Source: Eledone cirrhosa
Taxonomy: Eukaryota
Length of the DNA stretch: 64,000 nucleotides
Assembly: GCA_964016885.1 (NCBI GenBank)
Contig: OZ024757.1
Span: forward strand, 38,874,001-38,938,000
Direction: 5' to 3'
The notes under the pieces were generated by a model. It was given only the letters and a program-made list of their open reading frames with translations. It was not told where the DNA came from and made no database searches. Below, one piece after another: positions 43,780 through 58,037 of the stretch. How positions within the stretch are numbered: the first letter of the stretch is position 1; the number at the start of each line of letters is the position of its first letter. Both the position numbers and the translations under genes were made by a program.

Positions 43780-44460
43780 GGTGTCGAATTTTTAGCAGAA
43801 TCGTTAGAATCTCATTTAGAATTATTCGCTATATTCGTTCTGGGTTTCTGCAGTCTGAGCTCAAATTTCTCCAAGGTCAACTACACCTTTCTTCCTTTCG
43901 GGGTCGATAAAAAAAATGTAGTTTAGTACTAGGGTTGTCTTCGCTCTCGTTAATTTCCCTTTCTCTGGCAAAAATCGATACTGGGAATATATCACCAAGA
44001 TATCACTCTATATATATCATTGCGGTTCCCCTACGTCTCCATCAAGGGTTACATAACCGTCAATAAATACAAGAGTTGTTGAAAGGCGGTGAATTGACAA
44101 CCGTTAGGTGGTCGGATGAAGATGTTTTATAGAATATTCTTCCAGGCTCTTTGTTCTCTGTGCTCATATCTGCCACCGTCTAATTTGTTTTAGTTCCAAC
44201 GTCGATAACATAAAATACGAGTCAAGTACTGGGGCGGATATAATAGACTTCCCTATCTCCTCAAAATTGCTGACATCGCGCTTAACTCATAAATCGTTAT
44301 TTAAAAAGAAATTGATAGTGATCGAGATTGACTGAATATTTAGAGCACGGGAGAAATTACTCTGTAGTATTGAGTCCTGTCCATTTGCATTCTAAGTCCA
44401 AATCTCCCTGAGATCAACATGTTTTCCTTTCTTCTGGTGTTGATAAAATAAAACAGATTC
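43780..44460 (+). mobile_element. Three degenerate SINE copies
   Basis: Cores CCTTTCGGGGTCGATAAAA (~43895), GTCGATAACATAAAATACGAG (~44200), GTTGATAAAATAAAAC (~44440). Confidence 0.65.
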
Positions 44461-44990
44461 AAACTCGATACTTTCAGACTTGGAATATTCAACCACATAT
44501 CTGTTAATTTAGATGATCAAACGACTGAATAATATTCTTCGTCGTAACCGACGTGTTATCGATTTTCGTTAAATACTATTATTGAATTTACGAATCATTT
44601 CCTTCGATCTCGATCACCATCTGTAATAATGGCAAGTGCAGTAGTACATTAATTATTTGTGTAAACAGTTGTTAATGAAAGTGAGGCAACCCCTATAAAA
44701 CATTTGCAAACCTAAGCGTGATATTATATCAAGTCAGCAGGAAGAACCGAACTGCTAAAAAAAAAATAAATAAATGAAGAAAGAAATAAACAAAGGCATT
44801 CCTTGAGCTAGTCATTACATTACAAATTTCCACCCAACTGTGATTATAATTTCTTTCTCGTGTTAATTCTACGTGGCGGCCAATGTTGAGTCCCCTTTCT
44901 GTTCGTTTTGCCACTATTTACACACATTTAAACGCTACCAGAAATTACTGTGCTAGAAATAAATACATAAATGAAAAAGTAATTATTATT

Positions 44991-45185
44991 AGGGCGGTGG
45001 ATTGGCAGTATCGGTAGAGGGTCGGACGCCATGCTTTCCAGCATAGCTACGTCCCTTTACGATCTGAGTTCAAATCCTGTCGAGGTTGATTTTGCCTTTC
45101 ATCCTTACGGGGTCGATAAAATAAAGTAACAGTAATGTACTGGGTAATTGCTGGCCTTGTGCCTAAAGTAGAAACAATTATTATT
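44991..45185 (+). mobile_element. Full-length tRNA-derived SINE (reference copy)
   Basis: GGGCGGTGGATTGGCAGTATCGG (A-box), GAGTTCAAATCC (B-box), central core, (ATT)n tail; AATTATTATTAG on both sides. Confidence 0.93.
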
Positions 45186-45199
45186 AGTAGCAACAGGCT

Positions 45200-45412
45200 G
45201 TTTTATTAGCAGTACGTCGGACAACCTGCTTTGCGGTGTAAATTTATGCCTCTTTATGTTCTGAGTTCAAATCCTACCGAGGTTAGCTTTGCCTTTCACC
45301 CTTACGGGGGTCGATAAAACAAGGTACCAGTAATACATTTGGGTCAAATTAATCGACTTTCTCTTTCCCAAAAATTGTTGGCCTTGTGCCTCAATCAGAA
45401 ATCTGTATTATT
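45200..45412 (+). mobile_element. SINE, long-tail variant
   Basis: B-box, core, AATTAATCGACTTTCTCTTTCCCAAAAATTGTTGGCCTTGTGCC tail. Confidence 0.85.
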
Positions 45413-45484
45413 ACTGGGAGCAATAGTGTGTTGCATTGGAAAGCTTCGACCGTATGGTCTGAGGTCAAACCGCTTCTCTAATAA

Positions 45485-45735
45485 TAATTGTTTTTACTTT
45501 TGGCACAAGGCCAGAAATTATCCAGTGCATTACTGGTACTTCATAATGGTTTCTTATATAGGCACAAGGCCATTAATTCTGGGGGAGGGGAAAGTCGATT
45601 AAATCGAAACCAGTGCGTAACTGGTACTTTATTTTATCGACCCCGAAAGGATGAAAGGCAAAGTTAACCTCGGCGGGATTTGAACTCAAAGCATATTGTC
45701 CAACACTCTACCGATTCTGCCAATCCACTTCTCTA
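45485..45735 (-). mobile_element. SINE tail fragment plus a long-tail SINE on the minus strand
   Basis: CTGGTACTTTATTTTATCGACCCCGAAAGGATGAAAGGCAAAGTTAACCTCGGCGGGATTTGAACTC. Confidence 0.9.
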
Positions 45736-46124
45736 ATAATAATAATAATACTAAGCATTTTTTAAAAACATTTTCTTTGCTTCCTTTGGTTCATTTAATT
45801 CTTTTATATTTTCTATTAGCTTAGTTATTTTTTCTTCAGCTCGTACATCGTAAGGTGAGAAACAATTTCACACAGGTTTGTGCTTGACTGAAAATTAACG
45901 CTCCAACTTCTCTTATAATTGTCCTTAGTAATGGTGTAAGAATAAAAAAAATATAAAAAACAACAACAATAACAACAAAATCAACAACATTAATGATGTT
46001 TTCTGCATTCTTTTATTGGTTTCACGCGTAATTATATAATGTTAGTTTGTGCAAATACGTATGGATATTTATATTTAGAAAACATATGATCGCATTCACA
46101 GAGACGTACAAATCCGTGATAATA

Positions 46125-46406
46125 GCAGCAGCAGTAGTAGTGGTGGTAGTGCTGGTTATGGTTGTAGTAGTGGTGGGTGGTGGTAGTAGTAGTAGTGGTG
46201 GTGGTGGGTGGTGGTAGTAGTAGCTGTGGCGGTGGTGGTAGTAGTAGCTGTGGTGGTGGTGGGTGGTGGTAGTAGTAGCTGTGGCGGTGGTGGTAGTAGT
46301 AGCTGTGGTGGTGGTGGTGGTAGTAGTAGCTGTGGTGGTGGTGGTGGTGGTGGTGGTAGTAGTAGCTGTGGTGGTATTAGCGGTGTTGGTGCTGGCGGTA
46401 GTAGTT
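46125..46406. repeat. (GGT)n/(AGT)n compound trinucleotide repeat
   Basis: Direct inspection. Confidence 0.95.
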
Positions 46407-46504
46407 AGATAGAATTCACAATAAATATGCTCCCTCGAAGATATAGATTTCTCGATGTTGATTACTAAAATGACTTCCTTAGTATTGATAGAGATATCAG
46501 TGGA

Positions 46505-46720
46505 ATTTGATTTCTAAACTAGACACAAGGCTTGCAATTTATAGGGAAGAGAGATTAAAGTACTTGGCCCCAGGATATAACGGGTACTTTATTTTATTGT
46601 CCTATGAAGAATGAAAGCTTAAATTGACCATGGCAGAATTTCAAATCAGAATGTAGAAAACCAAGAACAAATAATGACTCAAAGCATTTTATCTGGAGCT
46701 TTCACGATTCTACTGACTTT
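46505..46720 (-). mobile_element. Degenerate SINE (main family)
   Basis: GGTACTTTATTTTATTGTCC..ATGAAAG...GATTCTAC. Confidence 0.6.
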
Positions 46721-46735
46721 GTTAGTGTAGCAATA

Positions 46736-46966
<231 letters not shown>

Positions 46967-47056
46967 TCTATTGTGGGCTCATTGGGTTTCTGTTTAAGAT
47001 TCTATGTTCGCCCGAATATTGTTACCCCTTACTACAAACACACACAAACCTATCTA

Positions 47057-47094
<38 letters not shown>

Positions 47095-48189
47095 TAAATA
47101 CGTTTTTGTGTGTTTATATATGTGTGTGTCTATATATATATGACTATGTATATATGTGTGTGTCTGAGTATATATTTGTGTGTCTGAGTATATACTTATG
47201 CGAGATTCTACAACGTACATAATATATATACATGTATGAAATATGAAGGGAAAACAAAAAGCAAAGCGAAGCCTTCTAAGATACATGCCATAAAAGAACT
47301 TCTGTTAGAAATATATAGACATTCTATGAATATATTGTCTCAGTATTACCGTATGTCTTGAATTTATTAGTTTTTCATATCAATATATTTGTGTTAGAAA
47401 TCAATATAATTATTAACATTATTGTTGAGATAATGTTTCATGTTTCCTATTGATAGATTCTTTGTGTTATTATTGCTAAAGTTATTGTTGTTGCCAAGTA
47501 GAGCTCTCTGCGACTTGGTTTGTGCAGTTCGCTGTTTTTTTCTTCTTCCTGGTGTTGTTTCTTTCGTATAGACAGTACTGGTTATAATAAATATATAATA
47601 CCTCGTAGTACTATTTTCTCTATAGGTCTATGTCCCGCAAATTTGGGTTTATATTTGTCTGTGTGACTTATTAGTTGTGCTGGATTGGCAGAATCGTTAG
47701 AGCATCGAACTAAATTTTACGTGACATATAGCTACTGCCGTTTAAGTTTTTAGTTTAAATTCCGTCGATTTTACCGTCTTTTATCGTTTAGGTGTGAATA
47801 AAATGTAGTAGTATTGTTGATATAATGGGGTTTCTCAATTCACATAATGTTAGCTTTTTACCTCCATCAAAAACTATTATTATTATGGTTCTCGTAGCAA
47901 ACCCGTTCTGAATAATCTCCTAGACGGCACATGTTAACCTCTGCTCTCTATAGAAATTATCTCTAAGCTTCATTTGAAGTCGGTCAACTTTATCTGCAAC
48001 CATCAGAAAGTATCATTGCTTAAAGAGGAAGTGAGCAACAATTCATATATATATATATACACAGTGTGTGTGCTTATGTATATATATTTATGTGTGTGTA
48101 TAAATCCAGTAAAGGAGAAAAATAGAAAGAAGTAAATGTGTATCAGGATATGTAATTATAACAAACGCTCGTATGTTCTTAATTAGAAA

Positions 48190-48233
<44 letters not shown>

Positions 48234-48234
<1 letters not shown>

Positions 48235-48409
48235 GAGGGCATTCCCAAAAGTAAGGTCTCCTTCCGGCATTGCAACGTTTCCGTTAAAATCCTGTGGATG
48301 GTGCTTCGGGAAACCTCAGGAACCAAAATGCAAAGAGCATCCAGAGTGATCCGCCAATCTTTACGCATGTTTTCCTCGGAAGGAGACCTTACTTTTGGGA
48401 TTGCCCTTG
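48234..48409 (-). mobile_element. Mini-mariner: two TIRs around an internal transposase fragment, TA flanks
   Basis: TIRs CGAGGGCATTCCCAAAAGTAAGGTCTCCTTCCG / CGGAAGGAGACCTTACTTTTGGGATTGCCCTTG. The interior encodes RKDWRITLDALC..VPEVSRSTIHRILTETLQCRK (mariner second HTH, upstream of the WVP motif). Confidence 0.85.
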
Positions 48410-48413
48410 TATA

Positions 48414-48609
48414 TAATTACTGCGCGAAATTCGCATTTGGAGGTAACGTTCAGCGGCTGCCAAGCCAAGATTGAGTATCCCAGCGAAGTGCGCGCATGCT
48501 TGTTTGGGAGTGAAGGAAGCACCAATCACAACAGTGTTGCCAACAGCCGTACGAACAGTTTCTCTGCGTCCCCATCGCTTTGGAGACCTTACCTTTGGGA
48601 TTACCCTCG
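48414..48609 (-). mobile_element. 5' end of the same mariner family (TIR, leader, transposase N-terminus)
   Basis: Third TIR at 48582-48609 + TA; the minus strand reads PLNVTSKCEFRAVI, like mariner N-termini. Confidence 0.7.
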
Positions 48610-48956
48610 TATATATATCTTCATGATGGTCTGGCCTCTTAACTCCCTTAAGTTATGGAAGTATTTGTTCATCTGAATGTCTCACACTTAAATCTTCTCT
48701 AACCATTTGTCGAATCATCAAGAGAGGTTGTGAAATATATATATTCAACATATCTGATACATTTTGTAGGCGGGAAGGGCGTCAACCCACTGCGCAGCTC
48801 ATGTGCCCCCGCCCTCGTAACAAACGCCGACCGAGGTGATGATCAGAAACTATTTGAGCCATTTTTTTAGGCTAACAGGAGCCTACCGCCTCTGCCCAGC
48901 TCGGCCATATCGACCATCTGCATCAAGGCCCAGTGTGACCTTGTATATATATATAT

Positions 48957-49160
48957 ATAAGGTGTCCCAAAAAATATATAAACGCACTACAATAGCAAAC
49001 ACAAGTTGTATTAAAATAAAGTCTGTACTATATGCAATAATATTTAAATTATGTAAACATATTTGGATGTTTACATGCGATTGAATTATATCTGTCAATC
49101 ATTTCAATAGTCTGTACAGGTAAAGCGTGTATATATATATATTTGTTGGGACACCCTGTG
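48957..49160. mobile_element. Tc1/mariner-type MITE
   Basis: TA-TAAGGTGTCCCAAAAAATATATA ... TATATATTTGTTGGGACACCCTG-TG inverted termini. Confidence 0.65.
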
Positions 49161-50302
49161 TATATGTACCTATATATATATGGAAAAGAATGAAATGAAA
49201 TGAAATTTCATTTCTCACTCTTTGTACGGCTGATACTTAAATGTAATTATGTATACGTCCATACATATATGTATACAGACGTACAGTAGTATGCATATAT
49301 ATATGTACGTATGTGTTTACCGAACATTTATTATGATGATCGGTTTGTTTGTAAACAAATATATATATATGATGGCTGCAAACTCGAGTTCGAGCATTGC
49401 CATCGCCTGATAAAATGCTAAAGAATATTAGGCAGGAATTTGGCTCTTTAAACTAGCCAAAGATTGGAACCCTCTGGCACATGTATGGCAGTGTTAGGCT
49501 CCTCCAGGACTTTCCATTGCTTTGTTCAGGCTGTGTGTTATCATGTGTCTTCTGAGACCTCACATGCTAACACATTCCTTGCCACATCCTTGCAATTTTT
49601 CAGATCATAATGTCAACTGATATGATATACACACATACATGAGTGTAGAAGATACTGAAAAATGGTTATTGTAATGTATGTTAACCTAATATGTCAAATC
49701 GTTCTAAAGTTATGATCATTTTCTGAATAAGCTATAAAGCGTTGCATATATGACTTCCATAATAACTGGTAGGGGGCAGTTCAAATATCTGAAACTCATT
49801 AGCAAAGATTGAATAAAAAGTAATTAAATAATGTGTATCATGCAAACGGTATTCATTGCTGAGAATACTACAAAAGGTCCATGACTGATAATTAAGTAGC
49901 TGTGCGGATTATAGCTTGTAAGCCTGTATAGAGAAACTGCCTATGTACATGAAGCCTGGTGCCAAATCCTACTCCGTCGCCTCTCAGTTGCAAATTTCTA
50001 AATATATTACGATTTCTTCTCTAGCTATGTTATGTTCCGTTTGTTCCTCTCGTTTATCGTTTTGTAGGGTGGTTGTTAGTATCGATTAAGAGTTTGTTCA
50101 TATCGATTAACTTCGACGCATCATGACATTGGAAACAAACTACCAATTATTAACTAAATCGTGAGAGCTTTAACGTAGCATTAAATGCATTAACTGGCCA
50201 TGCAGTCCTCTCTTCTTCGTGTCGATATATAATGAAGAAAAGTCGAATATATATATATATATATTTGTACGTGTGCATGTGCGGTGTCTGCATGTACATG
50301 TA

Positions 50303-50338
<36 letters not shown>

Positions 50339-52219
50339 GGGGAAATGTTGATAACACGCCATGATTAATCATCATAGTCGTAGGTGTCTCCTTGTATCTG
50401 TCTTCTCCATTAAACCTCTTCCTCTTTCTTTCTATCTTAGTACTAGAGTTGATTTGCATTTAGTTTCTTTATCTTTTTTCTGTTTTATATAGTTTCAATC
50501 ACTGTTTGAGGAGACTAGTTTCGTTTCGTTTAGTTTTGTTTCCTTGATATTTTTTCTGGTTTTACAACTACCATCATTCCAATCGTTTTTCTTAACTCTC
50601 TGTTCTAATAATTCGAGCCGAGTAAATACTTTATATTATATATTTTATTACACATATATACACACAAACACACATATATATCTACACAATCTTATACATA
50701 TATATATATATGTGTGTATGTGTAAGTGTCTGTGTATGTAAATGTATATGTATGTATCTACATGTATATATATATATATATGTAATACGTATGTATTTCT
50801 ATCTATCTATGTATATCTCTCTCTCTCTATATATATATATATAGCTAATACATTTCATGCGTATTTATATATTTTATCAGTAAACAATTAAATCTTCTCA
50901 AACGTTTGGTATGTTTTCATGGTGGTCTCCCCTAGATTTCATTTCAATCTCTCCTTCTTAACATTAACATACCTACCTCTTCTATTAGATCTCTCCTCAT
51001 AACATTTCCATTCGTACCTCTTGTATTAAATCTTGAAAATAAATTTCTTATTTCTTCCTTTGTTGCTTGCCCTCTTTTAATATTATTCGCGTATTCTTTC
51101 TGCCATTCTTGCAACCATACTTTCTTCAATACTACCTTCCTTTCTTCCATCGTCTTTATTTTAGATATATCAGTGCCAATCAATTTGAATTGTATTTTTT
51201 CCTTAGCCTTTTTCTTATTTTTTTTTTCTTTCCCATATGATCAATGTTTATGTATTTATTTATTTATTGTATATTCGGTTCTGTTTTCGAAATTTTCTTA
51301 TCATTAAAAAAGAAAAAATGTTCATTCTTTTTTTTTCTTTTTTTTGTCTTTTAGTATTTGTAGTTTTGACTTTTCTTTACCTAATTTCTAGCAACTTTAG
51401 ATTTCTTAGAGTTTATTTTTTTCTTGTTTTTTTTTGTCAATCAACTTGTAGTGATATAAATCATAGTTCTATTGCTACCTACATCGAGAAAGATTTTTTG
51501 CAATGCCTACATACATCCATCCTTCTATATACACATATATGTAGATATATACGCACACACACACATACACACACACATTTATATTTATATTTTGTTTTTC
51601 TACTTAGCTTATCTTATATTTACAACAATCTAAATCACTCGAACTGGAATCGATGAGATCGTACTAAACAAGTACTTTTTCATCCGACAGGGCAGCCATC
51701 TTGGTACAAACTTTCATAGAATACGCTCACTTATTTCATAGAATACGCTCACTTATTATTTATATTATTACTATCATCATTATTATTATCAATATCATTA
51801 TCTGTATTGTTATTGCTTTTATCAATATCACTATTATTATTATATTATTATTGCTATTATTATTATTAGTATTATTTTTATTAATATTATTATTATTATT
51901 ATTATCATTGCAACTATTAAAGAGTAATTCTTGAGCCGCATGAGATTTGTTTAGATATCTATTATTGTATTATATAGTTATGATTTTATTGTTGTTTCAT
52001 ACGCTGGTCCTTTTTTCATTTTGTCTTCATGTTTCTCACGAAATAGTGATTGATATGTTTATTCCCTTTCTATATATTTTTGTACTTTCTCAAATTGTAA
52101 GTAATGTTTGTTGTCTTTCTCTTGTTTATATGTTTAAATATATTTTTCTGAAATGCTATGTCGTAGAATATATATTTTTATGTAGGTTTGTATGTAAGTA
52201 TGTGTGCCTAGATATATGT

Positions 52220-52370
52220 TTATATATGTATGTGTGTGTAAATATATATATATATATGTGCATATATATATAGATATGTGTTTGTGTGTGTATATATATT
52301 ATATTTACATACACATATATATGTATATGTGTGTATATATATATATATATAATATATATATATATATGTA

Positions 52371-52414
<44 letters not shown>

Positions 52415-52618
52415 TATATATATGTAGTGTATATATATATACATATGTTAGTGAATGTATATATATATATAAAATAAATATATATATAATGTGTGTATGT
52501 ATATATATATATAAAATAAATATATATATAATGTGTGTATGTATATATATATAATATATATAATGTGTGTATATATATAATATATATATATGTATATATA
52601 TATTATATATATATGTGT

Positions 52619-52649
<31 letters not shown>

Positions 52650-53052
52650 GTGTGTATATATATATATAATATATATATATATAATGTGTATATATATATA
52701 TATTATATATATATATGTGTATATATATATAATATATATATATGTGTATATATATATAATATATATATATATAATGTGTATATATATATAATATATATAT
52801 ATATATAATGTGTATATATATATAATATATATATATATATAATGTGTATATATATATAATATATATATATATATAATGTGTATATATATATAATATATAT
52901 ATATATATAATGTGTATATATATATAATATATATATATATAATGTGTATATATATATAATATAAGATATATATATATATATATATAATGTATATATATAT
53001 ATATATATATAATGTGCGTATGTATATATGTATCATATATATATATAATGTG

Positions 53053-53083
<31 letters not shown>

Positions 53084-53124
53084 ATGTGCGTATGTATATA
53101 TGTATCATATATATATATAATGTG

Positions 53125-53155
<31 letters not shown>

Positions 53156-54078
53156 ATGTGCGTATGTATATATGTATCATATATATATATAATGTGCGTA
53201 TGTATATATGTATCATATATATATATAATGTGCGTATGTATATATGTATCATATATATATATAATGTGCGTATGTATATATGTATCATATATATATATAA
53301 TGTGCGTATGTATATATGTATCATATATATATATAATGTGCGTATGTATATATGTATCATATATATATATAATGTGCGTATGTATATATGTATCATATAT
53401 ATATATAATGTGCGTATGTATACATGTACCATATATATATATATGTGTGTATGTATATATATATCATATATATATATGTGTGTATGTATATATATATATA
53501 TCATATATATATATATATGTGTGTATGTATATATATATATCATATATATATGTGTGTATGTATATATATATCATATATATATATGTGTGTATGTATATAT
53601 ATATCATATATATATATGTGTGTGTATGTATATATATATCATATATATATATATGTGTGTATGTATATATATATCATATATATATATGTGTATGTATATA
53701 TATCATATATATATATACATGTGTGAGTATGTATATATATATCATATATATATATGTGTATGTATATATATCATATATATATATACATGTGTGAGTATGT
53801 ATATATATATCATATATATATGTGTGTGTATGTATATATCATATATATATATACATGTGTGAGTATGTATATATATATCATATATATATATGTGTGTATG
53901 CATATATCATATATATATATATATGTGTATGTATATATATATCATATATATAAATATATCATATATATGTATATATATATCATATATATATGTGTATGTA
54001 TATATATATATATATCATATATATGTATATATATATCATACACATATATATATATATATGATATATATATACATACAC

Positions 54079-54110
<32 letters not shown>

Positions 54111-54275
54111 TATATATATATATATGTGTGTGTGTATGTATATGTGTATATATATAATGTGTGTATGCGTATATATATATATATATATGTATGTGTATAT
54201 ATATATATATATGTATGTGTATATATATATATATATGTATGTGTGTATATATATATATATGTATGTGTATATATA

Positions 54276-54316
<41 letters not shown>

Positions 54317-54341
54317 ATGTATATATATATATATATATGTG

Positions 54342-54388
<47 letters not shown>

Positions 54389-54453
54389 ATGTATATGTGT
54401 ATATATATAATGTGTGTATGTATATATATATATATATATATAATGTGTGTATG

Positions 54454-54489
<36 letters not shown>

Positions 54490-54490
54490 A
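52220..54490. repeat. (TA)n-derived array incl. 36-bp unit AATGTGCGTATGTATATATGTATCATATATATATAT (~53155-53425)
   Basis: AATGTGCGTA recurs at 53011, 53083 and 53155 (72-bp period), then every 36 bp. Confidence 0.95.
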
Positions 54491-54909
54491 TGAAAACCTT
54501 AATGTGTATGTCAATGTTATTGTTTTGAGGAAACACAGGAGAACGTTTAGCAGCTAAAATTTCGAAAGTCCATTAGATTTGAAAATTTTATTACTCCTTT
54601 TAATATTTATGGACATAGTAAATATTTATAGATAAATTTATTATACATAGATAAAATGGAAATGATTACACAGGTATTGTTTGTCGGTGACTAATATAAA
54701 CGAGTCTGCCTGCAGTCAATAATTATTAAAATATCTCTGTTAAAAATGGTTTGTTTAAAGAATTCGATTACCCACTCCCGATTAAAACACAAATGCTTCC
54801 ATAAAAAGCTGCAGGATCTAGTGTGAGGTAAATCGAAAATAGTATAGCAATCAATACGACCTAAATGTGTTTTCACACACATCCATATATATACATACAT
54901 AAATTTGCA

Positions 54910-54970
<61 letters not shown>

Positions 54971-55847
54971 TCCCCTGAATATCATAAACATGTATATTAA
55001 CATCACAGAAATAACACTATACATTATTATATACTATGTTATATATTGTGCTATATATATCATTATATATTGTTATATACTGTTATATATTGCGTTATAT
55101 ATTATATTAAAGATTATGGTATACATTGTATTATATATTGTTTTATATATTATGTTATATATTATGTTGTAGTTTATGAAGTATCAAAGGCTTTCATGGT
55201 TTCACTGGTTATTGATAAGGTCGCTGGCTCTGTATTATAATCCGTCAGTAACTTATAGTAACAAAAGACCATCAAAGACTTATTTTAGAAGTTATACTAA
55301 AAACAATATTTCGGGGAAGTAGATAATATAACCAATACCACAACTACTATCATTACCATTTCCACCAAAGCTACCACTACTACTATCAAAAGAACTACTT
55401 GCAAAATCCCTGACACCAACACTCCCATCACTACCACCAATACTAATACTACCATAAATACTGACACTTCTTGTAGTACGAGAATAACCAACAGCGCTAC
55501 TACCAACAAAACTATTACAACCAACGCTACCACGACCACTGAGAGAATAGGATGGCTGTGGTGTTGCTAATTGAGGTTGGTTTAAGAATAAGAAGAAAGG
55601 AAGAACAAGGGGAGGGAGTTCCTCATCAGTTGTCTACTGGGGCTCTCGGATATTTCATATATTTATTTATGTATAAGAACAGATTAACATTTAAGCAAAG
55701 TATCGCTGCTTTCACCCTTAACTAGAGAGAGAGAGAGAGAGAGGACGGTACTCAGCGGGTTTTTTTATCGAAATGGGAAACATTACCTTCCTGGGATGTG
55801 AGTTCAGGTCACAGACATTCGATACGACGTCCTAGCTACTATAGACG

Positions 55848-56210
55848 AATGATGATGATGATGATGATAGTAAAGATGGTGGAGTCAATGAGAATGACGA
55901 GAGCAGTAAATATGATGATGTTGATGATGGTGAGGTTGATGGTGAGGTTCATAGTGATGATGGTGATGATAGTGAGGGTGATGATGGTGTTGACGATGGT
56001 GATGGTTGTAATGAGGGTGATAACGGTAATGATGATGGTGATGGTTGTGATGAGGGTGATGACGGTGATGACGATGGTAGTGATAGTGATGGTTGTGATG
56101 ATGGTAATGATGATGGTGATGCTAATGAATATGATGAGGGTGGTGATGCTTGTTATGATGGGGGTGATGCCGATGATGATGAGGTTGATTGAGGTTGATG
56201 ATGTGTGGTA
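55848..56210. repeat. (GAT)n/(GGT)n degenerate trinucleotide repeat
   Basis: Direct inspection. Confidence 0.93.
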
Positions 56211-56487
56211 GTGAATGAGGAAAATAGGATGTTATATAGAGTGTTGAAAGCGGTAGCACGATGACGTCTATGATTCCATTGCTACAAGATATATTGTCAG
56301 GAGAGAGATGTAAAATACATTTGTATGTAACTCTCAGGTGTTATTTAAAGGTTAGACTGCTTGGCATATAGAGGATCGCCTTTACATGAACGAAAGCCAA
56401 CAGCTATTACGATCAACATTCTATTCAACACCATTATCATCATCATCATCATCATCATCATTCTTTTCAACATTATAATCCACACTT

Positions 56488-56680
56488 GGGCGGTGGATTG
56501 GCAGTATCGGTAGAGGGTCGGTCGCCATGGTTTGATGCATAGTTACGCCCCTTTCCATTCTGAGTTCAAATCCCGCCGAGGTTAACTTTGCCTTTTATCG
56601 TTACGGTGTCGATAAGATAAAGTACCAGTAATAGACTGGGGTAATTGCTGACATTGTGCCAAAAGTAGAGACAATTATTA
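56488..56680 (+). mobile_element. Full-length SINE (main family)
   Basis: Same head, boxes, core and ATT tail as the 44991 copy. Confidence 0.92.
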
Positions 56681-57992
56681 AGTTTTATGGTATAATCATC
56701 GTCAATTTTATCGCCATGTTACTTTTTTTTATTTTCAACCTCATCGTTAACACATCTTGATGTTAATCACCATCTTCAGCGGCTCGTTCTTAGTATATCC
56801 AACACATTCAAAAGTAGATTAAAACGTATCCGATAAAGCAGTTATATTTCGTCAAAACTTTTAATATTGACATTAAAAAAAATGGTTGATAAGAAAAAAT
56901 ATTATATATATCGAAATACATTAGAACTGCAAAATAAATTTTCCATTTCGCCATCAAAACTGTTTGAGGTTCACTTTAAGACATACATAAATTGTAACAA
57001 TATCTGTATTCTATTTGGTAAAGTATGGAGTACTAATTTAAATAATGGATTTACGACTACCATTTTATCTATCTCCCTCTCTATATCGGTTTCAGTCTCT
57101 CTCTCTCTCAATTTCTATCAGCCAGAATCTTAGTCTCTTTCTCTCCCTCCCTCTCCGTTTTATTTCTCTAAATCTGTCTTTCTCTCTCTTTCTCTCTTTC
57201 TCTCTTATATATATATATATATATGTGTGTGTGCGTGTGTAACACATGTGCAAACAACCTCATACTGTTTCACAAGTTTGTAAACATGTCATGTTTTTGT
57301 TTTATCCCTGCCACCTACCGAGTTATACATGAACAATTTTCGTCAGAAAGCAAGAAATATAAATAAATACTAAAACACAAACTTCTTACTAGAAAAAAAA
57401 TAATCGAAAATTTCGCTCAAGAATATGAGTATATTCTACACCAACATTGTTAACAGGGATTATCAAAACAGTACGTCAAAGCCTAGAGGTATCATATAGA
57501 CCAAGAATTTAATATGTAAAATACATGAATGACAAATTCATTGCCTTCTTCCCCCACGTTTCTCTTCTATTGGGATCTAAGAAATGTCAGCAATATATAT
57601 AAAGAAAGTGACAAATCTAATATGTCGTCGGTGTAATTAGCCAACGACCTTGGCGCAGCTCTAGTACCTGTCATATGTGACACACATTCATACACGTGTG
57701 TGCAAATATATAGTCACATATACACACAATCTAAGGAAGACACAGACAAACAAACAATTCACGTTTAACCATTCGTTTGTACCACACACACACACACTCA
57801 CTCACTCACTTATATATATACACATATTCATATATATATATATATATACGGTTTAAATGAGCTGTTCATCCGTCTGAGGGTAAACGAATTGTTCTCGGAA
57901 AAGATGCATTAACTGTTGTGGAAATACTTCTACCAGACTCATCCCACTAGTTGTCTACCAATATGTGTATATATATATACATATATACATAC

Positions 57993-58023
<31 letters not shown>

Positions 58024-58037
58024 GATAGATAGATATA

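Noticed and set aside
44991-45080. tRNA gene (A/B boxes)
   Set aside because: The boxes belong to a multi-copy SINE head with body, tail and TSD; no full cloverleaf
46208-46408. Gly/Ser/Cys-rich peptide
   Set aside because: Trinucleotide (GGT/AGT)n repeat with no gene context
55798-56211. Met/Val-rich (or Asp-rich in another frame) ORF
   Set aside because: (GAT/GGT)n repeat; no splice or domain evidence
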